Below, one piece after another: positions 56,488-64,000 of a stretch of DNA of 64,000 bases. The notes beneath the pieces were generated by a model that had not been told where the DNA came from, searched no databases, and worked only from the letters and a program-made list of their open reading frames with translations. This DNA comes from Verrucomicrobiales bacterium (GTDB lineage Bacteria; Verrucomicrobiota; Verrucomicrobiia; Limisphaerales; Palsa-1400): positions 104,656-168,655 of the forward strand of contig PLGF01000135.1 in the NCBI GenBank assembly GCA_003138485.1. Direction: 5' to 3'. A program made the translations under genes and the position numbers. Within the stretch, counting starts at the first letter, position 1, and the number at the start of each line of letters is the position of its first letter.

Positions 56488-56784
56488 ATGAAAACTTCGA
56501 AACAGGCAGTGCTGATTCTCGTCAGTTCGCCGTTTCTTTGGATCGGCGCCGCTGGCGCGTTGGTTTCGATTTCAGCCTATTACCTGTTGTATTCGGGCCA
56601 TCTCCAGCCCCTGGCAGGCCTTGCCGACGCCCTTCACCTGGGTATTTATGTTTTCCCGTTTTTAGCCTTAATCCTCGCATCGAGCATTTGTCTTGTGATG
56701 AGCGGTCTTATTGTAGGGACAGTTCGTTATTGCCGAAAATTGATTGAGAAAACAGCGGTCAAACCCCCGGAACACCCACAATAG
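56488..56784 (+). CDS. small membrane protein (98 aa), hypothetical
   Basis: Three hydrophobic helices: AVLILVSSPFLWIGAAGALV, LHLGIYVFPFLALILASSICLV, and so on. Confidence 0.45.
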   Translation: MKTSKQAVLILVSSPFLWIGAAGALVSISAYYLLYSGHLQPLAGLADALHLGIYVFPFLALILASSICLVMSGLIVGTVRYCRKLIEKTAVKPPEHPQ

Positions 56785-57234
56785 GCGGATCGCTTATCAG
56801 ATGCTCAACCATCAGCCCGTGAGGTCACGTTGGGCTTAACCTGAATCATTAGTAACCTACTTGCGAACTCGCCAACACGGTTTTCCGCGAAGATCGCCAA
56901 ACTGGGCCTTGAGGAGGGCTATATTGAAACGCCCAGTCCCAAAGGCTCGCTCCGCGTCGCCTTCCCGTCGAAAAGTTCACGAGTTCTACTTCCCGCGACT
57001 CTTTCTCGACCTGCCCGTCGAACCACCTGTCCAGAGGGCCGCGTGACCGGCAGTTTCGTATCTTGATATCAAGGACGAGAAAGCTCGCGTCTCGCGCGGC
57101 ATGGGAAATTCCATGGCGGCCCATGCGCAGGATCGCGGCGCCGCCTCCCTGTCCCCCGTTCGGAAGGGGGCGGGCAGCCATTTTTTGGCGCGGGCCATGA
57201 CAAGAAAAGACGAAAGAATTTGATTGACGATATG

Positions 57235-57273
57235 GATTATAGGTGTAATCTTTCACCGATTACAGAAGTAATC
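57235..57273 (+). promoter_or_regulatory. two tandem 16-bp dyads, putative BlaI-family operator
   Basis: GATTATaggtGTAATC (57235-57250) and the perfect GATTACagaaGTAATC (57258-57273). They lie 15-53 nt upstream of the repressor ATG and overlap a TTGACG (57224) -35-like hexamer region. Confidence 0.55.
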
Positions 57274-57287
57274 GTAAATAACGCGCC

Positions 57288-57662
57288 ATGAGAAAAATGC
57301 CCCGCATCTCCGAAACTGAATGGGAAGTCATGAAAGTGGTCTGGGACCTCGCTCCCTGCTCCGCCGGTCAAATCATCGAAGCCCTGAGGCAAACCGACGC
57401 CTCCTGGCACCCTCGCACGGTCAAGGCTTTTCTCAACCGGCTCGTCGGGAAGAAGGCCTTGGGCTTCAGCAAGAACGGACGCGCCTACCTTTACCGTCCG
57501 CTCGTCCGGCGCGAGGAATGCGTCGATGCCGCCAGCGAGTCGTTTCTGGGCCGGGTGTTCGGCGGGGCGTTGATGCCCATGCTCGCTCACTTTGTCCAGG
57601 GGGACAAACTTTCTCCCGACGAAATCCGCGAACTGCGGCGCCTGCTCAAGAAAAATGACTGA
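57288..57662 (+). CDS. BlaI/MecI/CopY-family transcriptional repressor
   Basis: ISETEWEVMKVVW...SAGQIIEAL...WHPRTVKAFLNRLVGKKAL...YLYRPLV. Confidence 0.85.
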   Translation: MRKMPRISETEWEVMKVVWDLAPCSAGQIIEALRQTDASWHPRTVKAFLNRLVGKKALGFSKNGRAYLYRPLVRREECVDAASESFLGRVFGGALMPMLAHFVQGDKLSPDEIRELRRLLKKND

Positions 57663-57671
57663 ACCGATTTT

Positions 57672-59597
57672 ATGCAAACCCTCTTCTCCCATCTTCCCAG
57701 CCTGCTGAGAATCTCCGGGCGGGCTTCGGTCGTCATTCTGCTGGTGTTGGCGGCGCGATGGCTTTGCGGACGGCGTCTGCAACCGCGCTGGCGCTGCGCG
57801 CTTTGGCTGCTGGTCCTGCTGCGTCTGGCCCTGCCGTGGACCATTCCGTCGCCGGCCAGCGTTTTCAATGTCTTGAAGATGCCCGCTTCCGCGCCTGAAG
57901 CGCGAGCGGAAGCGTCTCCCACTCCAGTCCCGGACGCGCCGGTTGGGAAGAGCGAGAGGGGCGCCGTTCCCGCATCTTCGGCCGCGACGCACTGGCTGGC
58001 GTGGTTATGGGCGGCGGGCGCTCTTTGCCTGGTGGGCTGCACCGTTGTCAACAATCACAGAATTCTCCGGCGTGTGATACGACAGCGTCCGTTGCTCGAC
58101 GGCCCGACGCTCAATTTGCTGGAAGATTGCAAGTCGTTGATGGGTGTCACGACGCCAGTGACGCTGATCGAGACAGAAACCATCGCAAGCCCCACGCTCT
58201 TCGGCTTCGTGCGTCCGCGTTTGCTGTTGCCCGTGGGACTGGCTGCCCGATTTACACGGGAGGAACTGCGCCATGTGTTCTTGCATGAATTGGCTCATAT
58301 CAAGCGCCACGACATCGTCGTCGGCTGGGTGATGCTCGGGTTGCAGACAGTCCACTGGTTCAACCCGCTCGTGTGGCTGGGCTTTCACTGCCTGCGCGCG
58401 GACCGCGAGTTGGCCTGCGACGCGCTGGCCCTATCTTACGCGCGCCCGGGTGACAATGAAGCCTACGGCCTGACCATCGTGAAACTTTTGGAAGGATTTG
58501 GCCAATCGGTATGGACCCCGAGCCTGGCCGGAATCCTCGAAAACAAACAACAAATAAAAGAGAGGATAAGTATGATCGCAAAATTCCATAAATCCGAACG
58601 CGGACTAGCCCTGGCGCTATCGCTTCTCACCGGCCTGGCACTGGTGACCCTGACCGACGCGCAGACTCCCAGCCAGAAGCCGGTGGGCGCTCAAGCGTCC
58701 AAGGGCGGCGATTGGAACCTGGACCAGAAGCTCCAAATGGCCCAAGGCGGCAACCAATGGGCTGCTTACGAACTTTGGGATGCCTATTACCGCGGCCACC
58801 ACGGAGTAGATACGGACTCAGCCAAGGCGGACAAATGGCTCGGCGAAGTTATCAAGGATGTGTGGGTTGTGAGATTTGAGCCGGTGGATAACTTCGCGCC
58901 CAAAAACCCCGGCGAGTTTTTGCAGAGAATCCATGAGCATTATTCCGGTCATTCGGGCAAAAACAATATCGGCGCCGCCAGCTTTTTCAGAACAACCCAG
59001 CAAGGCGACAAGCTGGTCGGTTCCTTCCTCAGCAGTTCCCCCGATGAGCTTAAGGCCGGCCTGGCGCAGGTGCCGGGCATCAAGGTCACCACCGTCGAAC
59101 GCATCACGCCGGAAACATTCATCGCTTACGATCAGTCACAGCAGGAGTCCTTGTGGAACTTGGAGGAGAAAGTGAAACTGGCTGAAGCCGGCAACCAATG
59201 GGCCGCCTACGATCTGTGGGATGCCTATCATCGCGGCCATCACGGAATGGATACTGATTCAGCCAAGGCGGGAAAATGGCTCGCCAAAGTTGCCGAAAAC
59301 ACATGGGTGGTCAAATTTGAACCGGTGGATGATTTTGCGCCCAAAAACGCGGGGGAATTTTTGGCCAGAATCCATGAGCATTCTTCCAGCAGTTCCGGCA
59401 AAAACAACATTGGCGCCGCCAGCTTTTTCAGAACCACAAAGCAAGGCGACAAGCTCGTCGGTTCCTTTCTCAGCAATTATCCCAACGAGCTTAAAGCCAG
59501 TCTGGCGCACGTGCCGGGTGTCAAGGTGACCTCTGTTGAGCGGATGAGCGCCGGAGATTTCATAAAATACGACGAGTCACAGCAGGAGTCCTTGTAA
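57672..59597 (+). CDS. BlaR1-like M56 zinc-metalloprotease sensor with a duplicated C-terminal extracytoplasmic module
   Basis: TM helices, and HELAH in FLHELAHIKRHD (58284-58298). The C-terminal half is two 147-aa repeats. Confidence 0.85.
   Translation: MQTLFSHLPSLLRISGRASVVILLVLAARWLCGRRLQPRWRCALWLLVLLRLALPWTIPSPASVFNVLKMPASAPEARAEASPTPVPDAPVGKSERGAVPASSAATHWLAWLWAAGALCLVGCTVVNNHRILRRVIRQRPLLDGPTLNLLEDCKSLMGVTTPVTLIETETIASPTLFGFVRPRLLLPVGLAARFTREELRHVFLHELAHIKRHDIVVGWVMLGLQTVHWFNPLVWLGFHCLRADRELACDALALSYARPGDNEAYGLTIVKLLEGFGQSVWTPSLAGILENKQQIKERISMIAKFHKSERGLALALSLLTGLALVTLTDAQTPSQKPVGAQASKGGDWNLDQKLQMAQGGNQWAAYELWDAYYRGHHGVDTDSAKADKWLGEVIKDVWVVRFEPVDNFAPKNPGEFLQRIHEHYSGHSGKNNIGAASFFRTTQQGDKLVGSFLSSSPDELKAGLAQVPGIKVTTVERITPETFIAYDQSQQESLWNLEEKVKLAEAGNQWAAYDLWDAYHRGHHGMDTDSAKAGKWLAKVAENTWVVKFEPVDDFAPKNAGEFLARIHEHSSSSSGKNNIGAASFFRTTKQGDKLVGSFLSNYPNELKASLAHVPGVKVTSVERMSAGDFIKYDESQQESL
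58713..59594 (+). repeat. in-frame tandem duplication (2 x 441 bp) inside the M56 sensor gene
   Basis: Unit A is 58713-59153 and unit B is 59154-59594. The translated units are roughly three-quarters identical by eye (WNLDQK...QQESL versus WNLEEK...QQESL). Confidence 0.8.
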
Positions 59598-59618
59598 CTT
59601 TGGCGCTGATCTGCTCAC

Positions 59619-61568
59619 TCAACCGGGCCGGGGGGCGATACGCGAGGAGGGAATTCTTGCTTCGGGCGGGGAAAGCATTCCGGGTTGAAAATCAGCGGGC
59701 AAATCCTCCGGCAGCAAGGTGGTGAGGGCGTCGCGGTCGCAACGGCCGCTCTCGGCCAGCCGGGTGCATTGGTTGCGCACGGACGATTCGAAGAGGTTGC
59801 GCATTTCACGGGCGTTGCCGAATTGTTCGTTGCGCGCGGCGTAAAGCTTGACGGTCAGTTCCCGCGCTTTCCGCTCGGCTTCCGGCGAGCAAACCAGCCC
59901 GCTTTGCGAAGCCATGCGGTGAAAAATTTCGAGCAATTCATCGGGCTGGTAATCGGGGAAGTTGAGATAATTGGCGAAGCGCGATTCCAGGCCCGGATTG
60001 GACGCGATGAATTGCTCCATCGGCTTGCTGTAGCCGGCCACAATGACGATCAGCCGGTCGCGTTCGTCTTCCATGCGCTTGAGCAGCGTCTCAATGGCTT
60101 CAGCGCCGAAATCCTCCGCGCCCCTGCCGGCCAGCGCGTAGGCTTCGTCAATAAACAGAATCCCGTCCAGCGCCGAATCGATGGCCGCGTGAGTCCGCAC
60201 CGCCGTTTGGCCGACGTATTCCGCCACGAGGCGGCCGCGGTCGCACTCGACGACGTGGCCGCGCCGCAGCAGACCCAATGATTTGTAGATGCGGCCCATG
60301 AGGCGCGCGACGGTCGTTTTGCCGGTGCCGGGATTGCCAAAGAACACGCTGTGAAGGCTGGCCTGAACGGCGGGCAATCCCTGCTGTTTGCGCAACACTT
60401 GCAGGCGGGCAAAATTCGCGGCCCGATGCACCTCCGCCTTCACCGGAGTGAGGCCGACCATCGCGTCCAGTTCCTTCAAAATCGCGTTCAAGTCTTCTTC
60501 GCTGACGCCGGGATCGGAGCACCGGGCCGCGAAATCCAGGGCATACTGGCGCGAAACATTCGTGAGTTGGGCGGAAATCACCGCCGAGTGGCGGCGCTCG
60601 TGATCGGACAGTTTGCCGTCCATATCCGAGAGCGCCGTGACCAGCGATTGCAACGCTTGGCGCGCGAATTCAATGGTGACGGGTTGCAAACCGAGGTCGA
60701 GCGCGTGGCGGGCGAGCAGGCCGAAAATGTCGTCCAGTCCGTGTTTGTCGGCCTGGCGCAAGATGGTTCTGACCCTTTCCATGGCGAAGCGGCCGCTGCC
60801 CTTTTCGAACCATTTCATGAACAGGGCCGGGTCGCCCTTGGCAGCGGCCTGGCCGGATTCCAGCATGGCGGCCGCCTCGTCGGGTTTGGCGGCCAGGCCG
60901 GCGATGCAGATGGAGAGCGCGCCATAGCCGATCAAATCCGATTCTTCGGCGGCCAGGCGGCCCCACAGCGAGAAGGCCAGCAGGCGGATCAAGCCGTGCA
61001 GGTTTTCGATCAGATCAAATTCCTCGTCGCCAATGCGTTTGACAGTAAGCAGCGGCGGCGTGAGGATCTGCACGCATTCGACCAGCAGGCGGAGTTGCAG
61101 CAGGTTGCGCAGGAGGGATTGCTCCCTGGCGGCGTCGTAGCCGAAGACTTGAGCGCGCCAATCGCTGTGGCGCAGCATCTGATAATAGCGCCGCGCCGCT
61201 GTTTCCATGCTGTCGCGCAAACGGGCGGCGTCGTCCTCCGTGAACAGCGATTGCGACAGGTAATAACGCAGGAGGTAATCGCTTTTCATCCCGTCCAGTT
61301 CGGCCAATTCCTCGCGTTTGAAGGAAACGGTGCGGCCGGTTTTCGGGTTGCGAAAAAGCGTGGTGAGAATGGAGCCGGGAACAAAGGTCTCGTTGATCGG
61401 CATGGCGACGCCCGGCGTTTCGGCCAGGCGCGGCAGGCTGGGGGACGCCCGGGTGTGCTCCGCCAACTCGCGCGAGTGGCGGAGGCATTCCTCCAGTCGC
61501 TGGCGCAATCTAACTTCCTCTGATTCCGATTGCCGGTTCGTTTCCATGCTGGCAGGTCTTGCGTCCAC
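59619..61568 (-). CDS. CbbX/SpoVK/EccA-type AAA+ ATPase with a 380-aa helical N-terminal domain
   Basis: Walker [15 protein letters not shown], Walker B ILFIDEAY, and [30 protein letters not shown], which is typical of the CbbX subfamily. Confidence 0.85.
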   Translation of the reverse strand: MDARPASMETNRQSESEEVRLRQRLEECLRHSRELAEHTRASPSLPRLAETPGVAMPINETFVPGSILTTLFRNPKTGRTVSFKREELAELDGMKSDYLLRYYLSQSLFTEDDAARLRDSMETAARRYYQMLRHSDWRAQVFGYDAAREQSLLRNLLQLRLLVECVQILTPPLLTVKRIGDEEFDLIENLHGLIRLLAFSLWGRLAAEESDLIGYGALSICIAGLAAKPDEAAAMLESGQAAAKGDPALFMKWFEKGSGRFAMERVRTILRQADKHGLDDIFGLLARHALDLGLQPVTIEFARQALQSLVTALSDMDGKLSDHERRHSAVISAQLTNVSRQYALDFAARCSDPGVSEEDLNAILKELDAMVGLTPVKAEVHRAANFARLQVLRKQQGLPAVQASLHSVFFGNPGTGKTTVARLMGRIYKSLGLLRRGHVVECDRGRLVAEYVGQTAVRTHAAIDSALDGILFIDEAYALAGRGAEDFGAEAIETLLKRMEDERDRLIVIVAGYSKPMEQFIASNPGLESRFANYLNFPDYQPDELLEIFHRMASQSGLVCSPEAERKARELTVKLYAARNEQFGNAREMRNLFESSVRNQCTRLAESGRCDRDALTTLLPEDLPADFQPGMLSPPEARIPSSRIAPRPG

Positions 61569-61608
61569 GCCAGAATGCCCCGGAACGATTGGGTTGGCAA
61601 CCAGTCAT

Positions 61609-62757
61609 TTAGGAACTGCTGGCTGCCTGGAAGAGCATGGCTTTTTGGTCCTCGGTCCATTCCTCTTGCTTGAGGACCTGGCTGATGGCTTGGGCTGTGG
61701 CGGCGTCGTCGGCCGTGTGGCGCACGGCCTGGACCCAACGATAGGCAATATCGTAGCGTTCGGGATCGCAGACCGATGCTTTTTGGAGGAGCGCCAGGGC
61801 GTTCTGCCAGTCATTATTGCGCCGGATAAGATCGTTGGCTCCCTGGAAAAGTCTTTGCGCCTCGCCCTGCAGTTCCACGCGCGATTTGCCTTTGATGGCG
61901 GTGATGGCCCGAAATACCCGGCCGATTTCCCCGACAAGGCTCTTCTTCGGAGACGCTCCCGCGGGAGGAGCGATGGCCGGGGACGCGCCGACCGGGGAGG
62001 AGGCGCCAGTCCGGATGGCTTCCCAGCACATTTCCGCGTTGCCCCAATCTTCTCCCTTCAATTTCAGCCAGCGGCGGTTGCCGTGCGAAATTTCCTCGAC
62101 CTCGTAGGCGCCGGACTGGATTTCTTTGTGGAGCGCGGAGGGGCCGCCGCTAGTCTGAAAGAGAACCAGTTCATGCCTGATCTGGATGCGCCTGGCACCG
62201 TGGCCGGATGGTTTTGGCGAAGGCTGATGAGGATTCTCCAGGGAGGCGATTTGTTCCATCACCATCAATTGCTGCTCGGTCGTGCGGCACAAGTCAATCA
62301 AACTGAGGAGCGCGGCCTCGGTCTCGTTGGCGCGGCCAAGTTGGGAGAGAAGTTTGGCATGGAGCATGCGGGCTTCGTAGGTGGGCTTGTGCTTGGCCAG
62401 CAGTTCCTCCAGGTCTGTCAACGCCTGCATGGGCTGACCTTTGGCAACTAATTGCCGGATGGGGCGGAGAGCGATTTCCTCATTTTCGGAGGTCCAATCC
62501 TGCGGGTCCATGGCGTTGAACATCCCCGCTGTCAAGGTGTGGACGATGCTCGGCGCCACCAATAAAGCCATGACTGTCAGGACAAGCCGGAAAATCATCA
62601 GCGCTGTCGGGGGCAAATAAACACACAGCATCAATCCGGGAGGAAGGATGACAAGCTGGGCGATGCGCCAGAGACGCAATTCCGGGTCGCGGCTGATGAA
62701 CAGGGGAATCAGCACCCCGGCGCCGGCCGCCACGATATACGAGAATATGGAATGCAT
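61609..62757 (-). CDS. membrane protein paralogue 2 (3 TM + helical repeats + beta-rich module), unknown family
   Basis: About 60% identical by eye to the 62804-63925 product. The start was chosen at MHSIFSYIVAAGAG by homology with the paralogue's MHFALSYFLAAGAG. Confidence 0.65.
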   Translation of the reverse strand: MHSIFSYIVAAGAGVLIPLFISRDPELRLWRIAQLVILPPGLMLCVYLPPTALMIFRLVLTVMALLVAPSIVHTLTAGMFNAMDPQDWTSENEEIALRPIRQLVAKGQPMQALTDLEELLAKHKPTYEARMLHAKLLSQLGRANETEAALLSLIDLCRTTEQQLMVMEQIASLENPHQPSPKPSGHGARRIQIRHELVLFQTSGGPSALHKEIQSGAYEVEEISHGNRRWLKLKGEDWGNAEMCWEAIRTGASSPVGASPAIAPPAGASPKKSLVGEIGRVFRAITAIKGKSRVELQGEAQRLFQGANDLIRRNNDWQNALALLQKASVCDPERYDIAYRWVQAVRHTADDAATAQAISQVLKQEEWTEDQKAMLFQAASSS

Positions 62758-62803
62758 TTCGCGGTCGATCATGGCATTTCCGCGCGAACGTGTCAAGAGC
62801 AAA

Positions 62804-63925
62804 TCAGGCTCTGTTGGTTAATTGGCGGAGCATCGCTTTTTCGCTGTCGGTCCATTGGCTTTGCTTGAGGACCTTTCTGACAGCTTGGGCGGCGGCGCCT
62901 TCATTCGCCGTCTGGCGCACCGCCTGCACCCAGCGATAGGCGATTTCGTAGCGGTCGGGATCCAGGGCGGATGCTTTTTGGAGAAGGGGCAGGGCGCCTG
63001 GCCAGTCGTTGCACCGGATGAGCTGGCTGGCTTCCTGGAGAAGCTTTTGCGCTTCGGCCTGCAAGTGCAGGCGCGGTTTGCGTTTGAAGGCGGCGCCGAT
63101 GGCTTGATGCATCCGGGCGATGCGCCGGAGAAGGCTCTTTCCCGGACGCGCGCCGACCGGGCGCTCGGTTGACCGGACGGCTTCCCAGCACATTTCCGCG
63201 TTGCCCCAATCTTCTCCCGCCAAATTCAGCCAGCGGCGGTTGCCGCGCGAAATCTCCTCGACCAGATAGGAGCCGGGCGGGATTGCTTTGTGGAGCGGGG
63301 AGGCGCCGCCGTCCGTCTGAAAGAGAACGAGTTCATGCCGGGTCTGGATGCGCCGGACGCCGGGGAGGGATGGTTTTGGAGAAGGCCGATGCTGATTCTC
63401 CAGGGAGGCCAGCAGTTCCATCACCGTCAATTGCTGCGCCGTGGATTGGCTCAGTTCGATCAAACTGAGAAGCGCGGCCACCGTCTCATTGACGCGGCCA
63501 AAGTGGTAGAGAAGTTTGGCCTGGAGCAGGCGGGCTTCGTAGGTGGGCTTGTACCTTCCCAGAAGTTCCTCCAACTCGTCGAAAGCCTGAATGTTCTGGT
63601 CTTTGTCAATCAACCGCCGGATGGGGCGGAGAGCGATTTCCTCATCGGCGGAAGTCCAATCCTGCGGGACCAGGAAATTGGACAGCCCCACCCCGCAATA
63701 GTACGCGATGTTCGGAGTGGTCAACAAGATCAGGAATCCCAGGATGGCCACGAAGGCAACCAGCCCTGGGATATCTCCGGGCAAACTCACACACAGGACC
63801 AACCCTGCGGGGATCAGAATAAGCTGGGAAAGGCGCATGGAGCGCAATTCCGGCGCCCGGCTGATCATGTGGGCTATCAGCAGCCCGGCGCCGGCCGCCA
63901 GGAAATAAGAGAGCGCGAAGTGCAT
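62804..63925 (-). CDS. membrane protein paralogue 1 (3 TM + helical repeats + beta-rich module), unknown family
   Basis: N-terminal hydrophobic helices, the shared block DWTS..EEIALRPIR.L, the central block RRIQ.RHELVLFQT.GG...EEIS.GNRRWL.L.GEDWGNAEMCWEA, and the C-terminal block DP(D/E)RY(E/D)IAYRWVQAVR. Confidence 0.65.
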   Translation of the reverse strand: MHFALSYFLAAGAGLLIAHMISRAPELRSMRLSQLILIPAGLVLCVSLPGDIPGLVAFVAILGFLILLTTPNIAYYCGVGLSNFLVPQDWTSADEEIALRPIRRLIDKDQNIQAFDELEELLGRYKPTYEARLLQAKLLYHFGRVNETVAALLSLIELSQSTAQQLTVMELLASLENQHRPSPKPSLPGVRRIQTRHELVLFQTDGGASPLHKAIPPGSYLVEEISRGNRRWLNLAGEDWGNAEMCWEAVRSTERPVGARPGKSLLRRIARMHQAIGAAFKRKPRLHLQAEAQKLLQEASQLIRCNDWPGALPLLQKASALDPDRYEIAYRWVQAVRQTANEGAAAQAVRKVLKQSQWTDSEKAMLRQLTNRA

Positions 63926-64000
63926 GTGCCGGCCCGACTATGGCATTGCCGGACGGAAACGGCCAGAGCAATTGGGTGAAGTCCGGGTTGAAAACCACGG

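Noticed and set aside
56849-57256. A 135-codon minus-strand ORF (GTG start) in the 503-bp gap between the small membrane-protein genes and blaI.
   Set aside because: It has no recognisable family, an Arg/Gly-rich composition, and no RBS or ATG start. It might be a remnant of a decayed gene, but I cannot support a call. The region is best treated as non-coding or degraded.
52731-57287. tRNA-His considered as the integration site of a genomic island, since downstream there are a decayed kinase, small low-GC ORFs and a degraded region.
   Set aside because: No direct repeat of the tRNA 3' end was found downstream, and there is no integrase, transposase or phage gene. The decay is better explained as paralogue loss.
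336-62451. Many long ORFs (300-470 aa) lie antisense to or out of frame with the called genes. Examples are 336-1697(-), 2861-4258(-), 7923-8930(-), 10208-11050(-), 11154-12281(-), 12366-13223(-), 13637-14428(+), 21077-22045(-), 22500-23519(+), 27761-29173(-), 30225-31253(-), 32296-33234(-), 35403-36506(+), 37463-38770(-), 44334-45716(-), 50597-51571(-), 60351-61523(+) and 61318-62451(+).
   Set aside because: Their translations are Arg/Gly/Pro/His-rich and low in complexity, with no recognisable motifs. The opposite-strand or alternative-frame ORF has clear family signatures in every case. These are typical high-GC shadow ORFs.
63176-63355. The RRxxxR ... EIS.GN spacing (about 27 residues) in the conserved core of the membrane paralogues resembles the PilZ c-di-GMP motifs RxxxR ... 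(D/N)xSxxG.
   Set aside because: The second motif is imperfect (E for D/N, N for the final G). The beta-rich segment after it is only about 25 aa, too short for a full PilZ barrel. I regard this as a weak coincidence unless an HMM or structure search says otherwise.
1-64000. I looked for CRISPR arrays, rRNA genes, IS elements, prophage genes and known defence-system signature genes.
   Set aside because: No regularly spaced direct repeats, rRNA-like segments, transposase or integrase motifs, or recognisable defence ATPase/nuclease combinations were seen. The only TA module is Phd-VapC.

Overview
The window is about 60% GC chromosomal DNA. The gene content suggests a PVC-superphylum bacterium, probably Verrucomicrobiota (inference only): an exosortase with a VPDGG-type PEP-CTERM cargo, ECF-sigma/Ser-Thr-kinase pairs, giant LamG/GH29 secreted proteins ending in ...FYR[VL], a SWIB-domain protein, an M56 BlaR1-like sensor and a PPi-type PFK. 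Layout by region: (1) 1-9 kb holds envelope-sugar genes: gmhA, a UDP-sugar dehydrogenase and epimerase, rfbA, an NRS/ER-like epimerase-reductase, a Phd-VapC TA pair, and rfbB. (2) 9-18 kb holds a sigma-54-promoted exosortase operon (degenerate SDR paralogue, exosortase, PrsT-like TPR lipoprotein), a Wza-like exporter, a LeuB/TtuC-family dehydrogenase, and a sigma-54-promoted PEP-CTERM cargo gene. (3) 18-22 kb is a 1,211-aa multidomain sedolisin. (4) 22-29 kb is housekeeping: folA, a beta-CASP RNase, Ppx/GppA, a ROK kinase and two tandem Tmk-like kinases. (5) 29-35 kb is Rrf2 plus an OprO/P porin plus a sulfate ABC operon, followed by pfk. (6) 36.7-47.7 kb is an ECF sigma/STK pair followed by a LamG protein and two GH29 fucosidases. 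(7) 48-52 kb holds signalling genes and a SWIB protein. (8) Next come an orphan sigma-54 promoter with a terminator (candidate sRNA), an ATGAC repeat cluster and tRNA-His. (9) Then a second, decayed ECF/STK-WD40 module and a BlaI/BlaR1 pair. (10) The right edge is an uncharacterised operon of two paralogous membrane proteins plus an EccA/CbbX-like AAA+ ATPase. I saw no rRNA, CRISPR array, transposase or integrase. Most long ORFs antisense to the called genes look like high-GC shadow ORFs. All family calls come from motif recognition by eye; no searches were run.
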